This document shows positions 45,619 through 55,900 of a stretch of DNA of 64,000 nt, in pieces. How positions within the stretch are numbered: position 1 is the stretch's first letter; each line of letters begins with the position of its first letter. The notes below the pieces were generated by a model. It had not been told where the DNA came from and made no database searches. It saw only the letters and a program-made list of their open reading frames with translations. The stretch is from Alphaproteobacteria bacterium UBA6178 (GTDB taxonomy: Bacteria > Pseudomonadota > Alphaproteobacteria > Rickettsiales > UBA3002): positions 124,769 to 188,768 of the forward strand of contig DITS01000009.1 in assembly GCA_002422205.1 (NCBI GenBank), given 5' to 3'. The translations under genes and the position numbers were made by a program.

Positions 45619-45684
45619 TTACTATAATCAGCTAATTACACGCCCATTCATAGGGCAGCAAAACAGGATTGGCAAGGACAGCAT

Positions 45685-46761
45685 ATGCGGAAATTGGGGT
45701 GGTTGGCAGTTGTGGCGTTGGTTTTGGGGTGGCAGGCACCTGCTTTGGCCGCAATCCAGACGATTGAAGTGATGGTGGATGTGACGGGTAATACGCCCGA
45801 GGATGCGCGCGCGAAGGCGTTGGAATATGTTAAAAAACGTGCCTTTTATCTGATGCTGAGCAAGACCAACCCCGAGCAGGCGGATGAGATTGTTAAAACC
45901 ATGACCACCGAGCAGATTTACCAGCATATTCGCGGGGCGCAGGTGATGCAGGAGCTGCAAAACGGCAATCAGTATATCGCGCGTTATAGTGTGAGCGTGT
46001 CGGAAGATATGATGGCGCGGCTGAAAGCGACCGATGATGCGGGTGCCAGTAAGGCCAATCCGACATTGGTGATTCCGGTATTGCGCACGGCGGAGCATCA
46101 ACTGCTATGGGAGCCGAGCAATATCTGGCGTTCCTTGTGGAATACCACGGCGCTGGAGCAGGGCGAGGGGATTTTGGTGGTGCCTTATGGCGATCCGACG
46201 GATATGCAGATTACGGATAGCGCGACGATTTTATCGTATAATTTTGAACCGCTGAAAGCGATGGCGGAGCGCTATGGTGCGGGGGAAATTGTGGTGGTGC
46301 TGGCAGAATATGAAACCGCGCAAGAGCCGCATGGTGTGTCGGTGACGATGCGCAGGCTGGCGCCTAATTTTGATAAAATGAAGGACATGTTCTTTGAAGT
46401 GAATGAGCAGTTTGAAACACCGGAATCGCTGCTGGCGGAAGCGGCGCGCGTGGTGGCGTTACAGATTAAAGATATTGCCAAAAATTATCAGGGCGAAGAA
46501 GAGCGGCGGATTGCCGATGCTACCAAACAGGCGATCAGCGTGCCGTTTACGCGGATGAATGAATGGGTGCGGATTCAGCAGATTATAAAAGAATTGCCAC
46601 GTGTAGTGCGGTTTGATGTGAATACTATCAGTATTAACCATGCCAGCGGGCTTTTGATGTATGACGGCACGCCTGAGCTGATGTTGCAGGTAATGGAAGC
46701 GAAAGGCTTACGGGTGGAGCCGACCGGCGATAGCTGGCAGCTGACGCTGATGACACGATAG
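45685..46761 (+). CDS. Secreted protein, DUF2066-like
   Basis: Signal peptide (LVLGWQAPALA-A). Its position between purM and the AI-2E transporter/hda is where DUF2066 genes usually lie. Confidence 0.6.
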   Translation: MRKLGWLAVVALVLGWQAPALAAIQTIEVMVDVTGNTPEDARAKALEYVKKRAFYLMLSKTNPEQADEIVKTMTTEQIYQHIRGAQVMQELQNGNQYIARYSVSVSEDMMARLKATDDAGASKANPTLVIPVLRTAEHQLLWEPSNIWRSLWNTTALEQGEGILVVPYGDPTDMQITDSATILSYNFEPLKAMAERYGAGEIVVVLAEYETAQEPHGVSVTMRRLAPNFDKMKDMFFEVNEQFETPESLLAEAARVVALQIKDIAKNYQGEEERRIADATKQAISVPFTRMNEWVRIQQIIKELPRVVRFDVNTISINHASGLLMYDGTPELMLQVMEAKGLRVEPTGDSWQLTLMTR

Positions 46762-46769
46762 GAGCGACT

Positions 46770-47852
46770 ATGCCATTTTCTTCCTCTTCAACGCGGCGGT
46801 GGGTTTTCTGGCTGGTGATTGGTGCGTTATTTTTTGCGTTTATGTATGCGATTAAAGCCATTTTACTGCCTTTCGTGGTGGGCATATTGGTTGCGTATTT
46901 TCTCGATCCGGCGGCGGACCGGTTGGAGCGAGCCGGATTGTCACGCAATATCTCGACGGCGATTATTACACTCGGATTTTTTACAATGGTGATTGTGCTG
47001 ATTTTGGTGCTGTCGCCGATGGTGTATAACCAGATGGCGGGCTTTGTGGCGATGATTCCGCAGATGATTGCCGATTGGCGGCTGGCGATTGAGCCAAAGC
47101 TGGAGCTGCTGTTTAACGGGGTGGGCGGCGAGTCGCTGGAATCGGCTAAAGCGGCGGTGAGTGATGCCAGCAGTAATATTTTTGGTAAAGTAGGCGAAAT
47201 GGTGGCCAATCTGTTGCAATCGGGTGTGGCGATTATCAATCTGATTTCGTTGCTGGTGATTACGCCGGTGGTGTCGTTTTATATGCTGCGCGACTGGGAC
47301 AAGCTGGTGGCCAAGATTGATGATTTATTGCCGCTGGCCTATGCGGATACGATCCGTGAGCAGGTGCGTATTATTGATGATACGATTTCCGGTTTTATTC
47401 GCGGCACGCTGAATGTGATGATTGTACTGGGAACGTTTTATGCGGTGACGCTCAGCATTGTAGGGCTGAATTTTGCCATTGTGATTGGTCTGATTGGCGG
47501 GGTGATGATTATTATTCCGTATATCGGCACTTTTGTGAGTGGTGCAGCGGCGGTCGGCATGGCGTATTTTCAGTTTGATACGTTGCCACCGGTGCTGATT
47601 GTGCTGGGCATTTTTGTGGCAGGGCAGGTGCTGGAAGGCTATGTGCTGACGCCCAAACTGGTGGGTGAAAAGGTGGGGCTGCATCCGTTATGGCTGATAT
47701 TCGGGATGCTGGCCGGTGCAACCTTGTTTGGCTTTGTAGGGATTTTCCTTGCGGTGCCGGTAACTGCGATTATCGGGGTATTGGTGCGGTTTGCAATTAC
47801 GCAGTATAAACAAAGCAGCTATTACCGCGAGACGGTGTCTTTGCCGCAATGA
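46770..47852 (+). CDS. AI-2E family transporter (PerM-like permease)
   Basis: Eight-TM-type profile with the conserved LLPFVVGILVAYFLDP N-terminus and GLHPLWLIFGMLAG near the C-terminus. Confidence 0.85.
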   Translation: MPFSSSSTRRWVFWLVIGALFFAFMYAIKAILLPFVVGILVAYFLDPAADRLERAGLSRNISTAIITLGFFTMVIVLILVLSPMVYNQMAGFVAMIPQMIADWRLAIEPKLELLFNGVGGESLESAKAAVSDASSNIFGKVGEMVANLLQSGVAIINLISLLVITPVVSFYMLRDWDKLVAKIDDLLPLAYADTIREQVRIIDDTISGFIRGTLNVMIVLGTFYAVTLSIVGLNFAIVIGLIGGVMIIIPYIGTFVSGAAAVGMAYFQFDTLPPVLIVLGIFVAGQVLEGYVLTPKLVGEKVGLHPLWLIFGMLAGATLFGFVGIFLAVPVTAIIGVLVRFAITQYKQSSYYRETVSLPQ

Positions 47853-48505
47853 CGCAGCAGATTCCCATGGCGTTTGATGCTCCGCCCAGCTATGGCTGCG
47901 AGGATTTTGTGGTGAGCAGCAGTAACCATGCCGCCTATGATCAGGTGATGGCATGGCCGCAATGGTCTGCACCCGCGATGTGGCTGTGCGGCGAGGCGGG
48001 CAGCGGCAAAACCCATTTGGCGCGCATTTGGGCGGCGAAAGCCCAAGCGCGCATGGGCGAGGGGGCTTTGCCTGCCCATTCGGCGGAGGCTTTTGGGCAG
48101 GCGCGTGCGTTGCTGCTCGATAATTTGCCAATCGAGGAGCACGAGGAAACGTTGTTTCATTTGCTCAATTTTGTTAAGGAAACGCGCTTTTCGCTACTGC
48201 TGGTGCAGGAAAAAACACCCGCTCAGATGGAGATATCTTTGCCGGACTTAGCGTCGCGGTTGCGGGCATTGCCGGTGTCGCTGATCGCCCCGCCGGATGA
48301 TTTGCTGCTGCAGGCGGTGATGGTTAAGCAGCTGACCGATAAGCAATTAAGGGTGGCACCGGAGGTGATTCACTATTTGTTAAGACGTATTGACCGCTCA
48401 TGTTTGGCGGTACGGCTGGCAGTTGAGCACATGGACCGGCAAGCACTGGAGCAGGGCCGTAGCATCACCTTGCCTTTTGTAAAGAAAATCTTTACACATT
48501 ACTGA
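47849..48505 (+). CDS. hdaA: DnaA-related regulatory protein HdaA
   Basis: EDFVVSSSN..A, Walker A GEAGSGKTHLARIW and about 218 aa. Synteny with perM. Confidence 0.75.
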   Translation: MTQQIPMAFDAPPSYGCEDFVVSSSNHAAYDQVMAWPQWSAPAMWLCGEAGSGKTHLARIWAAKAQARMGEGALPAHSAEAFGQARALLLDNLPIEEHEETLFHLLNFVKETRFSLLLVQEKTPAQMEISLPDLASRLRALPVSLIAPPDDLLLQAVMVKQLTDKQLRVAPEVIHYLLRRIDRSCLAVRLAVEHMDRQALEQGRSITLPFVKKIFTHY

Positions 48506-48540
48506 TATGTTATACTGCGTTTATATCGCAGAGGGAACAC

Positions 48541-49608
48541 ATGCTCAGTCAGGACTTTATGAAGCAGGTTGCTACACGTAAGAAACGTCAACGACTTGCA
48601 AAGATTCAAGTGCTGGTTGTTGATCAGGATGTGCGTATTGCGACATTAGTGCGTGATGTGCTGGAAAGCTTTGGTTTTCGCCATATTAAACTTGCCACCA
48701 ATTCTGCCGGTGCTGCGGAAGCAGTCGCGGGGGCGCTGGATCTGATTATTTCCGAATGGCCGATGACCATGCCCTCAGGTGAGGATTTTGTGCGCTATGT
48801 AAGGCGCAATGACAAATCGCCGCGCCGCGATATTCCGATTGTGATGCTGACGGCGCGCGCGGAGCAGGCGGACGTGGAAACCGCGCGTGATGCGGGGGTG
48901 ACGGAATTTCTGGCTAAGCCCTTTACCGCTAAAATGCTGAGTAACCGATTGGTGCAGGTGATTGACAATCCGCGCTCCTTTATTCTGACACGCGATTTTG
49001 CCGGACCGGACCGCCGCCGTAAGGGCGAGCCACCGCTGGGCGAGGCGGATCGGCGTTTGCCGGAGGAGGTGTTGCAACAGCATGCGACGCCGAAAGGTGA
49101 CGGGGTGATTTATAATATTCATAACCAGCAGGTGCTGGTGAAAAATCCGAACCGTAAGCTGAAAGAAGCGATTGGTTCAGATTTGAGCGCCGAGAAGATT
49201 TTTGATCCGGATAATATCCGTCAGGCGCAACAAGTGATTATGAATATGAAAGACGATTATACCTCTTGGGTGCAGGCCGATGTGGGTAAAATGGATGCGA
49301 TTTATGTGGCGCTGAGTAGCGATATGGATTCGGCGGAGCCATGGGCGATATTGTCGCGCACGGCCTTTGCGATGATGGGGCAGGCGGGCACATTTGGCTA
49401 TCATATGGCATCGGCAGTGGCGAAATCGCTTTATAATTATGTTGAAAGCAAGCCCAAGCCCGACGCGACGAGTCTGGTGATTTTGCGCAAACATATTGAT
49501 ACGCTCTATGTGATTTTCAGTCAGGAAATGACCGGTGGCGACGAGGCGCTGGGCCAAGAAGTGGTGGATACGCTGCGCAGCCTGATTGAAAAATATCAAT
49601 CGTCATAG
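48541..49608 (+). CDS. Response-regulator receiver-domain protein with Glu at the phospho-acceptor position and a C-terminal helical domain
   Basis: CheY-like fold signatures (VLVVDQD, VMLTA, FLAKPF), but beta3 ends DLIISEW, with E in place of D. Confidence 0.7.
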   Translation: MLSQDFMKQVATRKKRQRLAKIQVLVVDQDVRIATLVRDVLESFGFRHIKLATNSAGAAEAVAGALDLIISEWPMTMPSGEDFVRYVRRNDKSPRRDIPIVMLTARAEQADVETARDAGVTEFLAKPFTAKMLSNRLVQVIDNPRSFILTRDFAGPDRRRKGEPPLGEADRRLPEEVLQQHATPKGDGVIYNIHNQQVLVKNPNRKLKEAIGSDLSAEKIFDPDNIRQAQQVIMNMKDDYTSWVQADVGKMDAIYVALSSDMDSAEPWAILSRTAFAMMGQAGTFGYHMASAVAKSLYNYVESKPKPDATSLVILRKHIDTLYVIFSQEMTGGDEALGQEVVDTLRSLIEKYQSS

Positions 49609-49623
49609 CCAAGGGAATTCCCA

Positions 49624-50151
49624 TCAGGCGACGCGGTCGGCTTGGGCGTGGTGATAATGAAATTGGGTGAGAATGCCTTGCGAGGGGTTGATGTCTTCCC
49701 AGCGGTCGCAATCGACGGTGATGACGGCCAGCGCGCAGGTGGGGAATTGGATTTCCAGCTCGTTGAGCAGTGATTTTTCGCCGCTACCCACCAAGGTGAA
49801 TGCCAGATGATGCAAGCCCGGATTATGGCCCACCAGCATGAAGGACTGGCAGTTATTATCGAGTTGGTGCAGCTCATGCAGTAAATCGCCGGTGGTGGCC
49901 AGATAGAGCTTGTCGGAAAACTGAGCTGGCGGGGTGTGTGTCCATTGCAGGCTAAGCTGCTCCCATGTTTGTTTTGCGCGCGCGGCGGTGGAGCAGAGCA
50001 CCCAATCTATCGATGGCGCGTTGCTTGCCATCAGTTTGCCTAAGGCGGCGGCATCTTCGGCACCGCGCGGGGTGAGTGCGCGGTCAAAATCCTGCATCTC
50101 GAGGGCCCCGTTTTCGGCCTTGGCGTGACGTAGTAAATAGATGGTTTTCAT
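49624..50151 (-). CDS. sixA: Histidine phosphatase family protein, SixA-like
   Basis: N-terminal catalytic motif LLRHAKA, LTPRG and a later H in VGHNPG. 175 aa. Confidence 0.7.
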   Translation of the reverse strand: MKTIYLLRHAKAENGALEMQDFDRALTPRGAEDAAALGKLMASNAPSIDWVLCSTAARAKQTWEQLSLQWTHTPPAQFSDKLYLATTGDLLHELHQLDNNCQSFMLVGHNPGLHHLAFTLVGSGEKSLLNELEIQFPTCALAVITVDCDRWEDINPSQGILTQFHYHHAQADRVA

Positions 50152-50255
50152 TGCGTCCTATTGGAAAGGATGATCTAATAAACCCGTACTCTGGCAGGTT
50201 ATTACAGACCGTTACGCTAACACAGCCACTTGGAAACACACAAGAAGAATCCATC

Positions 50256-52442
50256 ATGAGCAAGCAGCTGCGCCTATCTGAAACGGTTATTCACAAATAT
50301 TTTAATAAGGCCAAAGATCGCTTCATTAATCGCGAATTGTCATGGCTGGCGTTTAACAGCCGTGTGCTGGAAGAAGCTAAAAATGACGCTAACCCGTTGC
50401 TGGAGCGCATTAAATTTTTGTCGATCAGCGCTTCGAATCTGGACGAGTTTACCATGGTAAGGGTGGCGGGGCTGAAAGACCAGATTCGCCATGGTGTGAG
50501 CGTGACCAGCACCGATGGCTTGAGCCCGCAGCAACAGCTGGATGCGGTGCATGAGGCGGCGGAAGTGCTGATTCGTGATCAGCAAAGCTGCTGGCTGGCT
50601 TTGCGTGAGGCGCTGAGGGCGGCGAAAATTACGGTGGCGCGTCCGGCTGATTTGGATGCGGGGGAAATACGCTGGTTGAAGAAATATTATCTGGATAATA
50701 TTTTTCCAGTGCTGACGCCGATTGCAGTGGATCCGGCGCATCCGTTTCCATTTATTCCCAATCTGGGGATTGCCTGCCTGTTTGAGCTGTGCCCCGAAGG
50801 CTCGCAGAAAAAGCGAGTGGCGCTGGTGTCTTTTCCGCCCAAGCTGGCGCGGTTTGTGCTGATTGAGCCGCGCAATGGCAAGTCGCACCGGCTGGTGTTT
50901 TTAGAAGATTTAATCGAGATGTTTTTCAATACGTTATTTCCGGGTTATTCGCTCACGGATTCAACCATGTTTCGGGTGGTGCGTGATTCGGATCTGGAGA
51001 TTGAAGAAGAAGCGGAAGATTTGGTGCGCTATTTTGAAAATGCCGTGAAGCAACGGCGGCGCGGGCGCATGGTGCGGGTGAAGGTGCAATCGCCGATTTC
51101 AGACAATCTGCGCCATTTTCTGATTGAAAATCTGGCTGTTACGGCGCAGGACGTATTTGAAGTGGATGGGATGATCGGCATGGCTGCGCTTTCGGAGCTG
51201 TATGATTGCGAGCGGCCCGATTTGAAATTTGCGCCGTTTAAGGTGCGGTTTCCCGAGCGGATTAATGATTATAATGGTGATTGTTTCGCTGCCATTCAGG
51301 CCAAGGATATTGTGGTGCACCACCCGTTTGAGAGTTTTGACGTGGTGGTGCAGTTTTTGCGTCAGGCTGCTGCTGATCCGGATGTCGTGTCGATTAAGCA
51401 GACTTTGTACCGTACCAGCAATGATTCGCCGATTGTGAGGGCGCTGATTGAGGCGGCGGAAGCGGGTAAATCAGTGACGGCACTGGTGGAGCTGAAAGCG
51501 CGGTTTGACGAAGAGGCGAATATTAAATGGGCGCGCGATATGGAGCGTGTGGGCATTCAGGTGGTGTATGGGTTTGTGAGTCTGAAAACCCATGCCAAAG
51601 TGTCGCTGGTGGTGCGGCGGGTGGATGGCAAGCTGAAATCCTATGCGCATTTTGGTACCGGCAATTACCATCCGATGACGGCGAAGGTATATACGGATTT
51701 ATCGTATTTCACCTGTGATGCGGATTTATGTCAGGATGCGTCGTATTTATTTAATTTTATTACCGGTTATGCGAAGCCCAAACAATTCAAGAAGCTGGTG
51801 GTGGCACCGCTGGAAATGCGCGCCGGATTGCTGGAACTGATTGAGGCCGAAATGGCGCATGCCAAAGCGGGCAGGCCCGCCGCAATCTGGGCGAAAATGA
51901 ACGCGCTGATTGACCCGCAGCTGATGGATGCGCTGTATGCCGCGTCGCAGGCGGGGGTGCAGATTGATCTGGTGGTGCGTGGCATGTGCGGGTTGCGGCC
52001 CGGTGTGGCGGGTTTTTCGGATAATATCCGCGTGAAAAGCGTAATCGGACGGTTTCTGGAGCATTCGCGTATTTTCTGTTTTGGCAATGGCGAAGCGATG
52101 CCGTCGCCCAATGCCCGCGTGTTTATCAGCTCGGCGGATTGGATGATGCGGAATTTTGACCACCGTGTTGAGGTGATGGTGCCGATTGAGAATCCGACCG
52201 TGCATGCGCAGATTCTGGATCAGATTATGATGGCGAGTTTGAAAGATGAGCGGCAAAGCTGGACGCTGGACGCCAAGGGCCATTATACACGGGTGAATGG
52301 TGATCCTTCCAGCTTCTGCGCGCATGATTATTTTATGGTGAATCCCAGCCTGTCGGGGCGTGGCAAGGCGTTGCGCAAGGGCAAATTTCCGACCGAGGCT
52401 GCACGCACAGTGAAAAGCAAACCCCGCCGTAAAAAGGCGTGA
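50256..52442 (+). CDS. ppk1: Polyphosphate kinase 1
   Basis: Start at MSKQLRL within ORF 50076..52442. YFNRELSWLAFNSRVLEEA N-terminus, two PLD-like HKD-type regions (KTHAKVSLV...) and about 730 aa. Confidence 0.93.
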   Translation: MSKQLRLSETVIHKYFNKAKDRFINRELSWLAFNSRVLEEAKNDANPLLERIKFLSISASNLDEFTMVRVAGLKDQIRHGVSVTSTDGLSPQQQLDAVHEAAEVLIRDQQSCWLALREALRAAKITVARPADLDAGEIRWLKKYYLDNIFPVLTPIAVDPAHPFPFIPNLGIACLFELCPEGSQKKRVALVSFPPKLARFVLIEPRNGKSHRLVFLEDLIEMFFNTLFPGYSLTDSTMFRVVRDSDLEIEEEAEDLVRYFENAVKQRRRGRMVRVKVQSPISDNLRHFLIENLAVTAQDVFEVDGMIGMAALSELYDCERPDLKFAPFKVRFPERINDYNGDCFAAIQAKDIVVHHPFESFDVVVQFLRQAAADPDVVSIKQTLYRTSNDSPIVRALIEAAEAGKSVTALVELKARFDEEANIKWARDMERVGIQVVYGFVSLKTHAKVSLVVRRVDGKLKSYAHFGTGNYHPMTAKVYTDLSYFTCDADLCQDASYLFNFITGYAKPKQFKKLVVAPLEMRAGLLELIEAEMAHAKAGRPAAIWAKMNALIDPQLMDALYAASQAGVQIDLVVRGMCGLRPGVAGFSDNIRVKSVIGRFLEHSRIFCFGNGEAMPSPNARVFISSADWMMRNFDHRVEVMVPIENPTVHAQILDQIMMASLKDERQSWTLDAKGHYTRVNGDPSSFCAHDYFMVNPSLSGRGKALRKGKFPTEAARTVKSKPRRKKA

Positions 52443-53941
52443 TGCGCATGTCTGTCTTCCCCGCATCGCCTTTGATTCATTCGCACCAGCATGCGCATGC
52501 GGTGATTGATATTGGCTCGAATTCGGTGCGGATGGTGGTGTATCATGCGCCGGTGCGGGTGCCGCTACCCCTCTATAACGAAAAATATTATTGCGGGCTG
52601 GGGAGCGGGCTGGCGGCGACGGGCAAGTTGAGCCCCGAGGGGGTGAAAAAAGCACAGGCGGCGATTGCGCGCTTTGTGGTGATGGCCAACCGATTGGGGG
52701 TGAATGCGATGACGGTGCTGGCCACCGCAGCGATTCGTGATGCGCGCGACGGTGAGGCATTTGTGCGCATGATCAGCAAAAAATATCAGATTGAGGTGCA
52801 AGTTATTTCGGGTCCGAAAGAAGCGGAGCTGGCGGCGATGGGCGTGCTGGGCTCGATTCATGATCCGGTGGGAATATCGGCGGATTTGGGGGGCGGTAGT
52901 ATCGAGCTTGCCAGCTTGCGCCATGACAAGATTGCGCATCAATCGAGTTTTGAGCTGGGGGTGTTGCGCATGGCCGATGAATCGGGCGGCGATCCGGTAG
53001 TGATCGGCGAGATGATCGATGCGGAGCTGGCATCACTTGAGTGGCTACCGCAGGTGCGGGCGCGGATGATTTATGCGATTGGCGGGAGCTTTCGGACATT
53101 GGCTAAAACGCACATGAAACAAACGGGCTATCCGCTACCGATTTTGCATGAATACACGCTGAGTAAACGCACGATTGACAAGATGGTGAAGCATTTGATG
53201 CCGATGGGGGTGAAGGATATTGGCGAATTGCCCGGTATTCCAGCCAAGCGCGCGGCAACGATTTTGCCAGCGGCGATGATGTTGCAGCGGCTGATGGAGC
53301 GCTCGGGCGCGAATAAGGTGATGTTTAGTGTGAGCGGAATTCGTGAGGGATTGCTTTACAGCCAGCTGCCGCCAAAGCAACAAAAGCAAGACCCGTTGCT
53401 GGCCTCGGCGCTGGATTTGGCGTCGCTGGCGGGGCGGCAGGGGCGTTATGCGCAGGAGCTGTTTGACTGGATGCAGCCCTTGTTTAAAGAGGAATCGGAC
53501 CGGCGAAAGCGCTTGCGTATGGCGCTTTGTTGCGTAAGCGAAATGGCGTGGACGATTGATCCCAACTTCCGTGGTGAATGGGCGTATCTGCGGATATTGC
53601 ATTCGGCGATCAAGGGGGTGGATCATCGTGAGCGGGTGTTGCTGGCTTTGGCATTGTATCATCGCCATCACAGTAAATGGAAGCAGGACCGCGAGGAGCT
53701 GGCGCTGCTGGATGAACGTGACCGGCTGTGGGCACGCTGTGTGGGCATGGCGGCGAATCTGGCGTTTCAATTATCGGGCGGTAAGCAGGGCAATCTGCAT
53801 CACGCACGGCTGACATTGTCGGGTAAACAAGTGAAACTTGCACTTGATTCGGAAGCGAAACCTTTGCGCACTGATACGGTGGAGAAAAAGCTGGAAGGGT
53901 TGGGCGAGACCTTTAAGGCTTTGTCGAGCTTTGTCATATAG
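52439..53941 (+). CDS. ppx: Exopolyphosphatase (Ppx/GppA family)
   Basis: AVIDIGSNSVRMVVY, ADLGGGSIEL and a C-terminal HD-like helical domain. Overlaps the ppk1 stop. Confidence 0.88.
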   Translation: MMRMSVFPASPLIHSHQHAHAVIDIGSNSVRMVVYHAPVRVPLPLYNEKYYCGLGSGLAATGKLSPEGVKKAQAAIARFVVMANRLGVNAMTVLATAAIRDARDGEAFVRMISKKYQIEVQVISGPKEAELAAMGVLGSIHDPVGISADLGGGSIELASLRHDKIAHQSSFELGVLRMADESGGDPVVIGEMIDAELASLEWLPQVRARMIYAIGGSFRTLAKTHMKQTGYPLPILHEYTLSKRTIDKMVKHLMPMGVKDIGELPGIPAKRAATILPAAMMLQRLMERSGANKVMFSVSGIREGLLYSQLPPKQQKQDPLLASALDLASLAGRQGRYAQELFDWMQPLFKEESDRRKRLRMALCCVSEMAWTIDPNFRGEWAYLRILHSAIKGVDHRERVLLALALYHRHHSKWKQDREELALLDERDRLWARCVGMAANLAFQLSGGKQGNLHHARLTLSGKQVKLALDSEAKPLRTDTVEKKLEGLGETFKALSSFVI

Positions 53942-54489
53942 CTGCGTTTGAGGATTTCGCGCACGCCGAATTGTTTGAGATGGTCGTTGACAAACTGGGT
54001 GTCGAGCAGGGTGTAGCCCGCCTCGTTTAAAATATCGACCAGTGTTACCAATGCCACTTTGCTGGCTTCCGGCTCGAGGCTGAACATGCTTTCGCCGAAG
54101 AAGGCGCCGCCCAGTGATACACCATAGAGGCCGCCGACCAGTGCGCCATCGCGCCAGCTTTCTACGCTGTGGGCGTGGCCCATCTGGTGGAGCTGGCAAT
54201 AAAGTTCGATGATGGGCTCGTTGATCCATGTTTCGTTGCTTTTGCGTTTGCTGTCGGCGCAGGCGCGGATTGTGGCTTCAAAAGCGCTGTCGGTGCGCAT
54301 CGTGAAGGGGTGTTTGCGGAGAAATTTGCGGAAGCTGCGCGGGATATTGAAGGTATCGAGCGGGAGAATGCCGCGACGCGCGGGGTTGAACCAGTAAAGC
54401 TCAGCATTATCGCGGCTCTCAGCCATGGGAAAGTAGCCGGAGGTGTAAGCGGCCAGCAGCGCGTCGGTAGTGATGGGTTGCGGCTTCAT
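53800..54489 (-). CDS. aat: Leucyl/phenylalanyl-tRNA--protein transferase
   Basis: GYFPMAESRD..., WFNPARRGILPL, GGAFFGESMFS...ASKVAL. Confidence 0.88.
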   Translation of the reverse strand: MKPQPITTDALLAAYTSGYFPMAESRDNAELYWFNPARRGILPLDTFNIPRSFRKFLRKHPFTMRTDSAFEATIRACADSKRKSNETWINEPIIELYCQLHQMGHAHSVESWRDGALVGGLYGVSLGGAFFGESMFSLEPEASKVALVTLVDILNEAGYTLLDTQFVNDHLKQFGVREILKRSYMTKLDKALKVSPNPSSFFSTVSVRKGFASESSASFTCLPDNVSRA

Positions 54490-55190
54490 GATTTGAGAGC
54501 GGGCAGCGTCGGGTCGGCGGTGATGATGTATTCGACGCCCAGTTTTTTGGCTTTCTGAATGCTGGCGGCATCGTCGCAGCCCCAGCTCATGACTTTGAGG
54601 CCGCGTGATTGCGCGTCTTTCATGAAGGCGGGGGTGAGAATATCGATGGCGGGGACGACGAAGCGCGAGCCGGTAAATTCGCCGCAGGCGGCAAGGCTAT
54701 CGGGCATGTCTTTCAAGCTGGCGCCGGTGATGATTTTGGGGAATTGCTCATGCACGCGGGCAAGGGCCTGATGGAAGAAGGACACCATGATCAGATGCGT
54801 GAAATTATAGCCCTTTTCGCGCGCGTAATGATCGAGGATTTTGGCGGCGGGCAGGGCGACTTTGGGGTGTTTAATGTCGATGATGAGGATGGGGTTGAGC
54901 AGGGCCAACTCGTCGAGCACATGGATGAGGCTGGGGGGGGTGGAGCCATCGTCCAAATGCAACCATTGGATTTCTTCGAGCGAGAGCGCTTCGATCATGC
55001 CTTCACCATTGGTAGTGCGATTGACGCTGGTATCATGCATCACCACCACCTCGTCGGAGAAGGTGAGCTGGACATCAAGTTCGATGCCATGTGCGCCGTT
55101 TTTCAATGATCGTTTCATGGTCGGAATAGAATTTTCCGGCCCTAATGCGGTGCCGCCACGATGGGCGATGATTTTAGTCGGGTGGCTCAT
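54486..55190 (-). CDS. Glycerophosphodiester phosphodiesterase family protein
   Basis: IIAHRGG...ENS...[19 protein letters not shown]. Start at MSHPTK, overlapping the aroQ stop. Confidence 0.85.
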   Translation of the reverse strand: MSHPTKIIAHRGGTALGPENSIPTMKRSLKNGAHGIELDVQLTFSDEVVVMHDTSVNRTTNGEGMIEALSLEEIQWLHLDDGSTPPSLIHVLDELALLNPILIIDIKHPKVALPAAKILDHYAREKGYNFTHLIMVSFFHQALARVHEQFPKIITGASLKDMPDSLAACGEFTGSRFVVPAIDILTPAFMKDAQSRGLKVMSWGCDDAASIQKAKKLGVEYIITADPTLPALKS

Positions 55191-55624
55191 GCGGATGCAC
55201 CCCATGCGTGCATAGCGTCGAGTGCCATGCAATAGCCCTGTGCGCCGAAACCGCACAGTACGCCACGTGCCGGAACCGAAATATAGGAGTGGTGGCGGAA
55301 GGCTTCGCGTTTGAAAATATTGCTAAGATGCACTTCGATGATGGGTTGCTTCAGCGCCATCAACGCATCATGGATGGCGACGGAGGTGTGGGTGAAGGCG
55401 CCAGCATTGATGATCAGCCCGTCGGCCTGCTCACGCAGCTGCTGAATCCAGTCGACCAGCTCACCTTCATGATTGCTTTGCTTAAAATCGAGCGTTATAG
55501 ATAGGGCTTCGGCGCGTTTTTCGCATTGGGTGCGGATATCGTCGAGCGTGGTCGAACCATAGATTTCGGGCTCACGCGTGCCGAGCAGGTTCAGGTTTGG
55601 GCCGTTTAGAATAGATATATGCAT
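55187..55624 (-). CDS. aroQ: 3-dehydroquinate dehydratase, type II
   Basis: [45 protein letters not shown]. Confidence 0.93.
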   Translation of the reverse strand: MHISILNGPNLNLLGTREPEIYGSTTLDDIRTQCEKRAEALSITLDFKQSNHEGELVDWIQQLREQADGLIINAGAFTHTSVAIHDALMALKQPIIEVHLSNIFKREAFRHHSYISVPARGVLCGFGAQGYCMALDAMHAWGASA

Positions 55625-55683
55625 GTCATGTTCCGTTATCTGTTATCAGATTATCACGGAGTGGCGGTGCGAGGATAGAAAAA

Positions 55684-55884
55684 ATGCAGATTTTGCTTAA
55701 TGGCGCGGCGCATGAAGTGGCACAAGGGGCCACGCTTGGGATTTTGTTGCAACAGTTAGGGCTAGAGCCTGAGCAGGTGGCGATTGAGCATAACCGTGTG
55801 ATTGTGCCGCGCGGGGCATTTGAGACGAAGGAGATACGAGATGGCGACAGCATTGAAATGGTCGAATTCATCGGCGGTGGCTGA
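55684..55884 (+). CDS. thiS: Thiamine biosynthesis sulfur-carrier protein ThiS
   Basis: 66 aa, a ubiquitin-like pattern ending in GG, directly upstream of thiG. Confidence 0.85.
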   Translation: MQILLNGAAHEVAQGATLGILLQQLGLEPEQVAIEHNRVIVPRGAFETKEIRDGDSIEMVEFIGGG

Positions 55885-55900
55885 AGGCGATGACCCGCTG

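Noticed and set aside
55625-55683. A TPP riboswitch upstream of thiS-thiG.
   Set aside because: Only 59 nt separate the divergent aroQ start from thiS. I could not find the conserved CUGAGA / ACCUGAUCUGGAU elements.
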